Assembly (NCBI GenBank): GCA_947481685.1 | Contig: CANKHA010000010.1 | Span: forward strand, 5,573 to 69,572 | Direction: 5' to 3' | Length of the DNA stretch: 64,000 nucleotides | Source of the DNA: Bradyrhizobiaceae bacterium | GTDB taxonomy: Bacteria > Pseudomonadota > Alphaproteobacteria > Rhizobiales > Xanthobacteraceae | In this document: positions 47,364-56,755 of the stretch, piece after piece | Numbering within the stretch: position 1 is the first letter of the stretch | Layout of the letters: every line of letters begins with the position of its first letter | Position numbers and translations under genes: made by a program | The notes under the pieces: generated by a model | Seen by the model: the letters and a program-made list of their open reading frames with translations, nothing else | Database searches by the model: none | What the model was told of the DNA's origin: nothing

Positions 47364-47627
47364 CTACTTTTTGCGGATGAGAAATGTGAGCTGGCCCTCG
47401 GCCCGGGTCGTGTTCTCAATAATGTCTCCGATTTCCCGAATCAGATTGGGAATATCGATTGCGGCCAAGGGATCGGTGCACTGGACAGTGAGTTGATCGC
47501 CGGATGTCAGCGTCTTCAATACCTTGCGCGTGCGCATCGCGGGCAATGGGCATTTAAGGCCCCTGAGATCGATCGTTTTTTGCAATCGCCCGGTCCATTT
47601 TTTCCATAATTCATTGACACTGGACAT
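47364..47627 (-). CDS. TusA/SirA-family sulfur-carrier (sulfurtransferase) protein
   Basis: 87 aa. The diagnostic DLRGLKCPLP motif is followed by the ...TLTSGDQLTVQCTDP... fold pattern. Confidence 0.8.
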   Translation of the reverse strand: MSSVNELWKKWTGRLQKTIDLRGLKCPLPAMRTRKVLKTLTSGDQLTVQCTDPLAAIDIPNLIREIGDIIENTTRAEGQLTFLIRKK

Positions 47628-47655
47628 TTAGCAGGACGAACGTCAAGTTCGCAAA

Positions 47656-48759
47656 ATGACAGGGTTTTTCGCTCCTGCACAGGCAATCAAGCGCCTCACG
47701 CCGTTTTCCCAAGCTCTTTTGGTACTGGACTCCGTCCGTCCCGTAGCCGAGCGGAAAATCCCTGTGGCGGGGTCTGTTGGCTATGTACTGGCTGCGGATG
47801 TGGAGGCGCCGGCGGCGCTCCCGAAACGAGCTCAATCCCTCCATGATGGCTTTGCTTTGAGCGCCGAAACAACCCTCGACGCCAGCACTTTTGCGCCGGT
47901 TTTACTGACTGAACCGCTTAGCGTTCTGAACGGTACGACGATGCCCGGTGGCACCGACGCCGTTGTGGCATTGAACGCCGTGCAATTTCGCGGAGGTTTT
48001 GCGGAAATCGTCACGCCGCTTGCGCAGGGGGATGGCGTTCTTGCCGCAGGTGGAGAATGCGTTGCAGGTATGGTTCTTCGGTCGGCGGGTTACCATGTGC
48101 GCGCAAGCGACGCTGCCGTCTTTCTGCTTGCCGGCCTTGAGCGGGTGAGGGTGCGAGCCCCCCGGGTCTTGGTCGGGTATGCGCGGGAAAGCGAAAATCT
48201 CCGGATTGCGGCTGACATACTTGCGAAGGAGCTCGAGGCGCAAAATATAAAAGCAAATATAATGCTGCTTGCAGACGCGCTGCGCGATGGAAGTATGGAT
48301 GCAGTCCTGGGCGTTGGTGGGACAGGCGGCGGAGCAAACGATGTTAGTTTGCTTGAGCTTGCCAAGACCGGGCATGTTGCGTTTCACGGCGTAGGCCTGA
48401 CGCCTGGTGAGACCACGGGATTTGGCTTCATTCAAGAAAGGCCGGTGTTGCTTTTGCCCGGAAGTCTCGACGCCCTGCTAGCGGTCTGGTGCGTTCTTGG
48501 AAAGCGTTTTTTAGCCCGCCTGAGCGGTAGCAATGAAATTGCAATGGCGACGACCGCTGTATTGACCCGCAAGGTGCCATCCACCGTCGGGATGGCCGAG
48601 TTCGTTCCTGTACGCGTTAACGCCGGAAAGGCCGAGCCGCTAGCAGCGGGGCACCTTCCCCTATCGGCACTTTCTGACGCTAATGCATGGATGCTGATCC
48701 CGCCGGGATGCGAAGGTTACCAGGCTGATACATTGGTAGAAGTACAACCATGGCGATGA
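47656..48759 (+). CDS. Divergent MoeA-like protein (molybdopterin molybdo/tungsto-transferase fold, degenerate motifs)
   Basis: 367 aa, collinear with MoeA. The canonical PPFDNSAMDGYA is replaced by LPKRAQSLHDGFAL, and TSGGVSVGD is replaced by GVGGTGGGAND. It overlaps the next gene by 10 nt. Confidence 0.65.
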   Translation: MTGFFAPAQAIKRLTPFSQALLVLDSVRPVAERKIPVAGSVGYVLAADVEAPAALPKRAQSLHDGFALSAETTLDASTFAPVLLTEPLSVLNGTTMPGGTDAVVALNAVQFRGGFAEIVTPLAQGDGVLAAGGECVAGMVLRSAGYHVRASDAAVFLLAGLERVRVRAPRVLVGYARESENLRIAADILAKELEAQNIKANIMLLADALRDGSMDAVLGVGGTGGGANDVSLLELAKTGHVAFHGVGLTPGETTGFGFIQERPVLLLPGSLDALLAVWCVLGKRFLARLSGSNEIAMATTAVLTRKVPSTVGMAEFVPVRVNAGKAEPLAAGHLPLSALSDANAWMLIPPGCEGYQADTLVEVQPWR

Positions 48760-50738
48760 ACGAGACAGAAGAAAGGAATTTGCTGGCCGCCGTGCGAGCT
48801 GCGGCGCGGCAAGAGCAGTTTCTCGAGGTTGTGTCCGCAGAGGAGGCGCGTGCCCGTTTTGGCAAACACGTCACGATGGCGCCGCTCGATGGTATCGTTG
48901 TTCCGATTGCAGATGCTCTTGGACGAGTGCTTGTTCACGACGTGATTGCGGCGGTCGATGCGCCACCATTTGATCGTTCCGGAGTCGATGGGTTCGCTGT
49001 TCGAGCGCTCGACACAAAGAGTGCTGCAAATAATGCGCCTATGCGGTTATTTTTGAATACTGAAATCATTGCATCCGGGCATCTGCCGAAAATCGAGGTC
49101 ACGGTGGGGACTGCGACGACGATCGCAACCGGTGGCGTCATTCCGCGCGGTGCGGATGCCGTGTTGATGGTTGAACAGACGGAATTGGTCGAAGAAGCAG
49201 GAAAACCTGCAATCGAAATCCGGCGCGCGACCGCGCCCGGTGCAATGGTCGCCTATGCCGGCTCCGATATTGCGCGCGGCGAGACGCTGTTGCGAAAGAG
49301 CACGCGTGTAGGCTCGCGGGAAATCGGTATGCTCGCGGCTTGCGGAATAGCATCCGTCGAGGTCGTGCGGCGGCCAAAGGTTGCGGTGCTTTCGACAGGC
49401 GACGAACTGGTTTCACCAGACGAAACGCTGCGGCCGGCCGGAATATATGACAGTAATGGTGCTATTATTGCGGCCGCCGTGAGTGAAGCGGGCGGCGAGC
49501 CCGTGGCATTTGGCATTGTTCCGGATGACGAATTGGCTTTGGATAAAACGTTGCGTCATGCACTCGCCGCGTGCGACATGGTGGTGCTCTCCGGTGGCAC
49601 GTCGAAAGGCGCCGGCGATCTTTCTCACCGTGTTGTGTCGAAGCTCGGCAATCCAGGTGTGCTTGTGCATGGCGTTGCGCTGAAGCCCGGCAAGCCGCTC
49701 TGTCTCGCTGTGGTTGATGGAAAGCCTGTTGCGGTTCTGCCAGGTTTTCCGACCTCAGCAATATTTACTTTCCACACCTTCATCGGTCCCGTGATCCGTG
49801 CCTGGGCCGGCTTGCCATCCGAGGCGGTGGAATCCATCGACGCGCGGGTGCCGCTGTATATTCCATCCGAATTGGGCCGCCAGGAGTTTGTGCTCGTTTC
49901 ACTGATCATGGGCAAAGGCCTTCCTGTGGCGTTGCCCACCACGAAGGGCTCGGGTTCGGTAACGAGCTTCTCGCAGGCCGACGGGTTCGTGGTGGTGGAT
50001 GCGCTCTCCTCGTCCATCGAAGCCGATAGCGTGCAGAAGGTAACGCTGATCGGCAGTGGGGCGCGCGGGCCCGATCTTGTCATCACAGGCAGTCATGACA
50101 TGGCATTGGACGTCGTTCTCGGCGCTGTCGCAGAACAGGGTTTCAGCGCGCGTACAATCGCCATTGGCAGTCAGGGGGGCGCCAGCGTTGCTGCGCGCGG
50201 CGAATGCGATCTTGCGCCCGTCCACCTCGTCGATCCCGCCAGTGGAAAGTATAATGTGCACCTGCTTGCGCCGGGGCTCACCCTCATCCCTGGTTGGCGG
50301 CGCATGCAAGTCGTCGTCTTTCGGGCTGGTGATAAGCGCTTTGAGAATCGGACTGCGCAAGACGCTGTCGGTTCGTTATTGACGGACGCCTCCTGCATCA
50401 TGGTGAACCGTAACGCAGGTTCTGGTACGCGTGTGCTGCTTGATAAACTGCTCGCAGGGAATCGTCCTATGGGTTACGCCAATCAACCAAAATCGCATAA
50501 CGCGGTTGCCGCCGCCGTGTCGCAGGGACGGGCAGACTGGGGTGTTGCGATCGAGCCCGTAGCGACGCTGTACGCCCTCGGTTTCTTGCCGCTGGCGCCA
50601 GAGCATTATGACTTTCTGCTGGTGGAAGAGCGCCGAGAGCGTCCAGCGGTACAGGCATTTCTCGCTGCCTTGCGCGATGAAGACGTTCGCGAGCGCATCC
50701 GCGCTATCGGTATGCAGCCAGCTGAAACACCGGTTTAG
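48750..50738 (+). CDS. MoeA fused to a C-terminal periplasmic-binding-protein-like (oxyanion-binding type) domain
   Basis: 662 aa. The N-terminal two thirds is MoeA (DAPPFDRSGVDGFAVR, LSGGTSKGAGD). The C-terminal part of about 230 aa (KVTLIGSGARGPDLVITGSHDMALD...HNAVAAAVSQGRADWGVAIEP) resembles the PBP_like domain of long molybdopterin biosynthesis proteins. Confidence 0.85.
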   Translation: MAMNETEERNLLAAVRAAARQEQFLEVVSAEEARARFGKHVTMAPLDGIVVPIADALGRVLVHDVIAAVDAPPFDRSGVDGFAVRALDTKSAANNAPMRLFLNTEIIASGHLPKIEVTVGTATTIATGGVIPRGADAVLMVEQTELVEEAGKPAIEIRRATAPGAMVAYAGSDIARGETLLRKSTRVGSREIGMLAACGIASVEVVRRPKVAVLSTGDELVSPDETLRPAGIYDSNGAIIAAAVSEAGGEPVAFGIVPDDELALDKTLRHALAACDMVVLSGGTSKGAGDLSHRVVSKLGNPGVLVHGVALKPGKPLCLAVVDGKPVAVLPGFPTSAIFTFHTFIGPVIRAWAGLPSEAVESIDARVPLYIPSELGRQEFVLVSLIMGKGLPVALPTTKGSGSVTSFSQADGFVVVDALSSSIEADSVQKVTLIGSGARGPDLVITGSHDMALDVVLGAVAEQGFSARTIAIGSQGGASVAARGECDLAPVHLVDPASGKYNVHLLAPGLTLIPGWRRMQVVVFRAGDKRFENRTAQDAVGSLLTDASCIMVNRNAGSGTRVLLDKLLAGNRPMGYANQPKSHNAVAAAVSQGRADWGVAIEPVATLYALGFLPLAPEHYDFLLVEERRERPAVQAFLAALRDEDVRERIRAIGMQPAETPV

Positions 50739-50748
50739 GGAGCGGTTG

Positions 50749-52020
50749 ATGGCGCAACTTACCGATGATTGCTTCGCATTTTCAGGCCCGCTCCTGCCGA
50801 TTGAAGATATGGAGCGGTTGATCGAGCAGCGGATCACATCGGTTGGAGAAACTGAGTTTGTGCCGCTCGCGGGCGCACGTGCGCGTGTCGTTGCGCAGGA
50901 CGTGCGCGCACCCGTCGATTTGCCACCGTTCGACAACTCTGCGGTTGATGGTTACGCGGTACGCCACCTCGACCTAAAGAGTGGCGAGTCCACCAAACTC
51001 GAGGTTGTTTCGCGAGTAATGGCGGGATCAGCGGCCGTTTCTGCGTTGGGGAAGGGTGAGGCCGCGCGCATCTTTACGGGCGCGCCGATGCCACGAGGCG
51101 CAGACACGGTCTTCATGCAGGAGGATGTCCAGGCGGAAGGCGACGAGGTGACCGTGCCGAGCGGCCTCAAAGCGGGTGCCAATCGCCGCTTCGCCGGCGA
51201 AGACGTGCGTACCGGCTCCGTGGCTTTGCCGGCAGGCCGCGTTCTCGATGTTCAGCATATTGCCTTGGCTGCTGCTCTCGGCTTGACTCATGTTGAAGTC
51301 CGGAGACCTATCCGCGTCGCCGTCTTTTCTACCGGGGATGAACTGGTCGAACCCGGCGGGCGGCTATCCGGAGCAAATATCTTTGACGCCAATCGAACGC
51401 TCCTCCGCGCATTGCTCGATCGGCTCGGCTGCATTGTCACCGATCTCGGCATTCTGCGCGACGAACCCGAGGCGCTCACGCAAGCTTTTAAATCAGCCGC
51501 TGCAGAGAATGATCTCGTTCTGACATCCGGTGGCGTTTCCACCGGCGATGCCGACCATGTGAAGAGCGTTGTCGAGAGTATCGGAACATTGTTTTTCTGG
51601 CGCATCGCCATCAAGCCTGGTCGCCCGGTGGCCATGGGAGTTATTCACGGCGATCAAAATTTGAATTCGGCTTTTGTCGGCTTGCCCGGTAATCCGGTGG
51701 CGGCGTTTATAACGTTCGTGCGCGTTGTCCGGCCGCTGATTCTGCGGCTGTCAGGTGCCTTACCGCGCAAACTGATGCCGCTGCCGGTCGTTTCGACTTT
51801 CACCTACAAGAAGAAGAAGGGCCGGCGCGAGTACGTTCGTGTCACGCTCCGGCCAGGCGCCAATGGGGCTTACGAAGCGATAAAGCATCCGCAGGACGGT
51901 GCCGGCATTCTCTCTTCCCTTACCGAAACCGATGGCTTGGTCGAGCTGCCCGATGACCTGACACAGGTCGAATCCGGCGACCACGTCGGTTTTCTCTCCT
52001 ACTCATCCATGATCGGCTAA
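50749..52020 (+). CDS. moeA: Molybdopterin molybdotransferase MoeA (canonical)
   Basis: ATG 50749 gives 423 aa. MAQLTDDCFAFSGPLLPIEDM..., DLPPFDNSAVDGYAVR, TGAPMPRGADTV, LTSGGVSTGDADHV. The track start at 50608 lies inside the upstream gene. Confidence 0.9.
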   Translation: MAQLTDDCFAFSGPLLPIEDMERLIEQRITSVGETEFVPLAGARARVVAQDVRAPVDLPPFDNSAVDGYAVRHLDLKSGESTKLEVVSRVMAGSAAVSALGKGEAARIFTGAPMPRGADTVFMQEDVQAEGDEVTVPSGLKAGANRRFAGEDVRTGSVALPAGRVLDVQHIALAAALGLTHVEVRRPIRVAVFSTGDELVEPGGRLSGANIFDANRTLLRALLDRLGCIVTDLGILRDEPEALTQAFKSAAAENDLVLTSGGVSTGDADHVKSVVESIGTLFFWRIAIKPGRPVAMGVIHGDQNLNSAFVGLPGNPVAAFITFVRVVRPLILRLSGALPRKLMPLPVVSTFTYKKKKGRREYVRVTLRPGANGAYEAIKHPQDGAGILSSLTETDGLVELPDDLTQVESGDHVGFLSYSSMIG

Positions 52021-52030
52021 GACGTCCGGG

Positions 52031-54823
52031 CTACTCCGCCGCTTCGCGCTGCGGCTTCACCGCCTCAAGATTCGCGGCGCAATATTTAAATTCCGGAATC
52101 TTGCCGAACGGGTCCAGCGCCGGGTTGGTCAGAAGATTGGCCGCGGCTTCGACATAGGCGAAAGGAATGAACACAACGCCATCCGGCACGGCGTCGTCCT
52201 GACGGGCGGTCAGTTCCACCACGCCGCGGCGGGTGGTGACGCGGATCATGTCTCCCGCCTGGATGCCGAGCTTTGAGATGGTGCCGCGTGAAACGCCGGC
52301 GACGGGCGCTGGCTCCAGCGCATTCAGCACCGAAGCCCGTCGCGTCATGGCGCCAGTATGCCAATGCTCGAGCTGACGGCCGGTCGTGAGGATGAAAGGA
52401 TAGTCGGCGTCGGGCATTTCGTCGGGTGCGGTGAATTTGGTTGCGACCAGACGCGCCATGCCGTTCGGGCGCGGGAAGCCTCGGTCGAATACCACGTCGC
52501 GGCCCGGGATATCCGTTCCGTCGGTCGGATAGGTGACGTGATCCTCGCGCTCGACGCGTTCCCACGAAATATTGTCCAGCGCCGGCATCATCGATGCCAT
52601 TTCAGTGAAGACCTCGCTGACATCGTTGTAGGTCCACTTGCAGCCAATGCGCTTTGCCAGTTCCTGGATGATCCAGAGATCCTGTCGCGCATCACCGGGC
52701 ATGGGTAGGGCCTTGCGGCCCATTTGGACCTGACGATTGGTATTGGTGACGGTTCCGTCCTTTTCCGGCCAGGCGGAAGCCGGCAGAACAACATCTGCAT
52801 AAGACGCAGTCTCGGTCAGGAAGATATCCTGCACGACGAGATGCTCGAGATGGGCGAGGGCACCGCGTGCATGGTTGAGATCGGGATCTGACATCGCCGG
52901 GTTTTCGCCCATGATGTACATGCCCTTGATTTCGTCGGCGTGCACAGCGTCCATAATCTCCACGACCGTCTTGCCGCGCTTGGGATCGAGGGTCACACCC
53001 CAGGCGGCTTCATACTTGGCGCGAATTTCCGCGTTCTCCACCGACTTGTAATCGGGAAAGAACATCGGGATCAGGCCGGCATCGGAAGCGCCTTGCACAT
53101 TGTTCTGGCCGCGCAATGGATGCAGTCCCGTGCCTGGTCGCCCTACCTGACCGCATATCAGGGACAGAGCAATCAGACAGCGTGCGTTGTCGGTGCCGTG
53201 CGTGTGTTGTGACACGCCCATGCCCCAAAAAATGATGGCACTTTCTGCGCGAGCAAAGGCCCGTGCTACTCGGCGCAGCACGTCCGGTTCAATGCCACAG
53301 ATCGGCGACATCTCTTCAGGCGCAAACGGCTTCACGCTCTCGGCGAGCTTGTCGAAATCTTCGGTGTAGGTCTGGACGTATTGCTGGTCGTAGAGTTTTT
53401 CTTCGATGATGACGTTGAGGATACCGTTGAGCATCGCGACATCGGTGCCATTCTTGAACTGCATCATCTGCCAGGCGTGACGCTTGAGCGCATGCCCACG
53501 GGGATCCATCACGATCAGCTTGGCGCCGCCCTTGGCTGCCTGCTTGAAGAAAGTGGCGGCGACCGGGTGATTTTCGGTCGGGTTGGCGCCTATGACGATG
53601 ATGACGTCGGAATTCTTGCATTCGTTGAAGGTCGCGGTTACTGCGGCTGAGCCGACGCCTTCGAGCAGCGCCGCCACCGATGAGGCGTGGCATAACCGTG
53701 TGCAATGATCGACATTGTTGGAGCCGAAACCTGTGCGAACGAGCTTTTGAAACAGATAGGCTTCCTCGTTCGAGCCTTTGGCGGAGCCAAAACCGGCAAG
53801 TGCACGTGGTCCATCATGGTCGCGGACTTTGACAAGACCCGCAGCAGCCCGGTCGAGCGCCTCCTCCCAGGTGGCTTCACGGAAATGGGTCCAGGGATTC
53901 GAGGGATCGACCAGGTCGTCAGCATGCTTCGGCACGCCGTCCTTGCGGATCATCGGTTTGGTCAAGCGCTGCGGGTTCGAGACATAGTCGAAGCCGAAGC
54001 GGCCCTTCACGCATAGTCGGTTCTGGTTGGCAGGGCCATCGCGCCCGGTCACCGCGATCAGCTTGTCATCCTTGATCTGATAGGTGAGCTGGCAGCCGAC
54101 CCCGCAGTAAGGGCACACGCTGTTCACGGCACGATCGGGATATTCGGTGCGAACATTCTGCTCGTTCACCAGCGTCGCCGGCATCAGCGCCCCGGTCGGG
54201 CAGGCTTGCACACATTCGCCGCAGGCAACGCAGGTGGAATTGCCCATGGGATCGTCGAAGTCAAAGACGATCTTCTCGTTATGGCCGCGGCCGGCCATGC
54301 CGATCACATCGTTGACCTGCACTTCGCGGCAAGCGCGGACGCAGAGATTGCACTGGATGCAGGCATCGAGATTGACCGCCATCGCAACATGGCTGCGGTC
54401 GGGCGCAGGTTGTTTCTCACGTTCGGGAAAGCGGCCGGTTTCGATACCCATCTTGTCGGCCCATCCCCAGAATTTCGAGATAGGGTCGTGGGATGTTGCC
54501 CGCTCCGGCTGGTCGGTGACCAGCAGGTCGAAAATCATCTTGCGGGCCGTCTTGGCGCGATCGTTGGACGCGTTGACCTTCATGCCGGCCGCCGGCTTAC
54601 GGATGCAACTCGCAGCCAGAACGCGCTCACCTTCGATTTCCACCATGCACGCGCGGCAGTTGCCGTCGGTGCGGTAGCCGGGCTCGGGCGAATAACACAA
54701 ATGTGGAATTTCGACGCCTTCGCGCTTGGCTACCTGCCAGATGGTTTGGCCTGCGCTTGCGACAACCTCGCGGCCGTCGAGCAGGAAGGCAATGGTGTTC
54801 TGGTCTTTGCCGTTCGTTGTCAT
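52031..54823 (-). CDS. fdhF: NAD-linked metal-dependent formate dehydrogenase, catalytic alpha subunit (bis-MGD, NuoG-like N-terminus), Cys-type
   Basis: 930 aa. N-terminal 2Fe-2S and 4Fe-4S motifs (CYSPEPGYRTDGNCRACMVE, CIQCNLCVRAC, CVACGECVQACPTGAL, CPYCGVGC). Active-site context HCTRLCHASSVA has Cys where Sec enzymes carry U. There is no in-frame TGA. Confidence 0.95.
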   Translation of the reverse strand: MTTNGKDQNTIAFLLDGREVVASAGQTIWQVAKREGVEIPHLCYSPEPGYRTDGNCRACMVEIEGERVLAASCIRKPAAGMKVNASNDRAKTARKMIFDLLVTDQPERATSHDPISKFWGWADKMGIETGRFPEREKQPAPDRSHVAMAVNLDACIQCNLCVRACREVQVNDVIGMAGRGHNEKIVFDFDDPMGNSTCVACGECVQACPTGALMPATLVNEQNVRTEYPDRAVNSVCPYCGVGCQLTYQIKDDKLIAVTGRDGPANQNRLCVKGRFGFDYVSNPQRLTKPMIRKDGVPKHADDLVDPSNPWTHFREATWEEALDRAAAGLVKVRDHDGPRALAGFGSAKGSNEEAYLFQKLVRTGFGSNNVDHCTRLCHASSVAALLEGVGSAAVTATFNECKNSDVIIVIGANPTENHPVAATFFKQAAKGGAKLIVMDPRGHALKRHAWQMMQFKNGTDVAMLNGILNVIIEEKLYDQQYVQTYTEDFDKLAESVKPFAPEEMSPICGIEPDVLRRVARAFARAESAIIFWGMGVSQHTHGTDNARCLIALSLICGQVGRPGTGLHPLRGQNNVQGASDAGLIPMFFPDYKSVENAEIRAKYEAAWGVTLDPKRGKTVVEIMDAVHADEIKGMYIMGENPAMSDPDLNHARGALAHLEHLVVQDIFLTETASYADVVLPASAWPEKDGTVTNTNRQVQMGRKALPMPGDARQDLWIIQELAKRIGCKWTYNDVSEVFTEMASMMPALDNISWERVEREDHVTYPTDGTDIPGRDVVFDRGFPRPNGMARLVATKFTAPDEMPDADYPFILTTGRQLEHWHTGAMTRRASVLNALEPAPVAGVSRGTISKLGIQAGDMIRVTTRRGVVELTARQDDAVPDGVVFIPFAYVEAAANLLTNPALDPFGKIPEFKYCAANLEAVKPQREAAE

Positions 54824-54827
54824 GATG

Positions 54828-56552
54828 TCACCACGTCCCGAGCGGTTTTCTCAGGTCCTCGGGAAAATATTTCAGTACGCAGAGGAGCGGGTTGGGTGCT
54901 GCCTGACCAAGGCCGCAGATCGATGCATCCTGCATCGCTGTGGAAAGCTCCGTCAGAAGCGCGGTATCCCACGGCCCTTGCTCCATCAGTTTGACCGCTT
55001 TTTCAGTGCCGACGCGGCAGGGTGTGCATTGCCCGCAACTCTCGTCTTCGAAGAAGCGCATCAGGTTAATGGCAACGGTCTTCATGTCGTCCTGCTCTGA
55101 CAGGATGACCACGGCATGCGAGCCGACGATACAGCCGTGTTTTTCCAGCAAGCCGAAGTCGAGCGGGATATCGGCCATCGAGGCAGGCAGGATGCCGCCG
55201 GAGGCGCCGCCGGGGAGATACGCCTTGAAGGTCTGGCCATCGGTCATGCCGTCGCAGAATTCGTCAATCAGCTGACGTACGGTGATTCCGGCAGGTGCCA
55301 GCTTTACGCCAGGAGTTTTCACGCGGCCCGAAACAGAAAAGCTCCGGAATCCCTTGCGCTCATGACGGCCCTGCGACGTAAACCAATCCGTGCCGCGCTC
55401 GATGATGTCGCGCAGCCAATACATGGTCTCGACGTTTTGCTCGAGCGTCGGGCGGCCGAACAGGCCGACTTGCGCGAGATAGGGTGGACGATGGCGGGGC
55501 AGGCCACGCTTGCCTTCAATCGATTCGATCATTGCGGATTCTTCGCCGCAGATGTAGGCGCCGGCTCCCCGTCGCAAATGTAATTTTGTATGCGGAGAAA
55601 GCCCGGCTTGCTCGACTCTGGCGAGCTCTTCCAAAAGCATCAATCTCAACTCGGGATATTCGTCCCGGATATAGATATAGGTCTCAACGGCTTCGACCAC
55701 CCAGGCCGCAATCAGCATACCTTCGATGAAACGGTGCGGATCGAGGCCGAGATAGTGCCGGTCCTTGAAGGTGCCGGGCTCGCCTTCGTCGGCATTGACA
55801 GCGAACAGGCGCGGTGCAGGCTCGTTGCGCACCAGTTTCCACTTGCGGCCGGTCGGAAAGCCCGCACCGCCGAGGCCGCGCAGGCCGGCATCATCCACTG
55901 CCTTAATAATGTCGTCGCGCGTCCGTTCTCCTGCAAGGCAGGATTTCAAAAGCGTATAGCCGCCCTCCACGCGGTATTGCTCGAAGCTCTTTGCGGGATG
56001 CCACGGGTGTACATGCGGCATATTTTTTGCCGCTGCTACGACGGTCGCGGTGTTCGCGCTAAAGGTTTGAACATGGCCGACGGCGCATACCGGTGCGCGA
56101 TCACAGGCGCCCATGCACGGGGCACGCATCACGCGGACGTCCGGACCAAGTTTTCCCGGCAATTCGGCGAGCAGTTTTTCAGCGCCGGCCATCGCACAAG
56201 ACAGGGATTCGCAAACGCGTACAGTGACGGGTGGCGGCGCGACTTCGCCTTCTTTCACGACGTCGAAATGCGCATAAAAAGTCGCGACTTCGTAAACCTC
56301 GGTCAGTGCGAGCTTCATCTCGAACGCGAGGGCCGCGAGATGCCGTGCGGAGAGGTGCCCGTACTTGTCCTGAATGAGATGCAGGTGCTCGATCAACAGA
56401 TCGCGCTTCCGCGGCCTGTCGCCGAGGAGATTTTGCACGTCCAGAAGTGCGTCGGGCTCGACCTGACGACCTTTTGTGGTGTTGCGAGGCCGCTTACGTC
56501 CGTGGCGCCGTGGCTCCGGGGCCTTGGAAGGTGGTGGAATATGGGCGTTCAT
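54828..56552 (-). CDS. Formate dehydrogenase diaphorase subunit: NuoE-like (2Fe-2S) and NuoF-like (FMN/NAD, 4Fe-4S) fusion
   Basis: The N-terminal half has the thioredoxin-like 2Fe-2S pattern (VRVCESLSCAMAG...APCMGACDRAP). The C-terminal half has GLRGLGGAGFPTGRKW and ESCGQCTPCR. The start is uncertain (ATG 56552 preferred, GTG 56600 possible). It ends 4 nt before the alpha start. Confidence 0.9.
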   Translation of the reverse strand: MNAHIPPPSKAPEPRRHGRKRPRNTTKGRQVEPDALLDVQNLLGDRPRKRDLLIEHLHLIQDKYGHLSARHLAALAFEMKLALTEVYEVATFYAHFDVVKEGEVAPPPVTVRVCESLSCAMAGAEKLLAELPGKLGPDVRVMRAPCMGACDRAPVCAVGHVQTFSANTATVVAAAKNMPHVHPWHPAKSFEQYRVEGGYTLLKSCLAGERTRDDIIKAVDDAGLRGLGGAGFPTGRKWKLVRNEPAPRLFAVNADEGEPGTFKDRHYLGLDPHRFIEGMLIAAWVVEAVETYIYIRDEYPELRLMLLEELARVEQAGLSPHTKLHLRRGAGAYICGEESAMIESIEGKRGLPRHRPPYLAQVGLFGRPTLEQNVETMYWLRDIIERGTDWFTSQGRHERKGFRSFSVSGRVKTPGVKLAPAGITVRQLIDEFCDGMTDGQTFKAYLPGGASGGILPASMADIPLDFGLLEKHGCIVGSHAVVILSEQDDMKTVAINLMRFFEDESCGQCTPCRVGTEKAVKLMEQGPWDTALLTELSTAMQDASICGLGQAAPNPLLCVLKYFPEDLRKPLGTW

Positions 56553-56605
56553 GGAATGACATTTGAAGAGCTCCAAGGAGAGCGCAATGGCCCAATTCAC
56601 ATGAT

Positions 56606-56626
56606 ATGATAGATAATATCTATCAT
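56606..56626. promoter_or_regulatory. Perfect 21-bp AT-rich palindrome, candidate operator in the FDH promoter region
   Basis: ATGATAGATA-A-TATCTATCAT: 10-bp arms around a single central base, in an otherwise GC-rich genome. It lies 54-74 nt upstream of ATG 56552 (minus-strand gene). Confidence 0.4.
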
Positions 56627-56755
56627 GAAGGGTTGTTTGATATGGAAAAACCGCTCCATGTTGGGAAAGGAGGGCTTTCAGAGTTTCCCTTAGTATTCAA
56701 AGCTTTGAGCTACAAAAGGCCCCGCTTGCCCACCGACTCCAGCCGCCGCCGCGCC

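Noticed and set aside
52031-54823. Selenocysteine-type formate dehydrogenase with a recoded TGA
   Set aside because: The 930-codon frame is uninterrupted, and the active-site position is Cys (TRLCHASSV).
54206-56609. Long plus-strand ORFs (262 aa and 339 aa) antisense to the formate dehydrogenase genes
   Set aside because: These are typical GC-rich antisense open frames. The minus-strand products carry unambiguous Fe-S, FMN and molybdopterin motifs.
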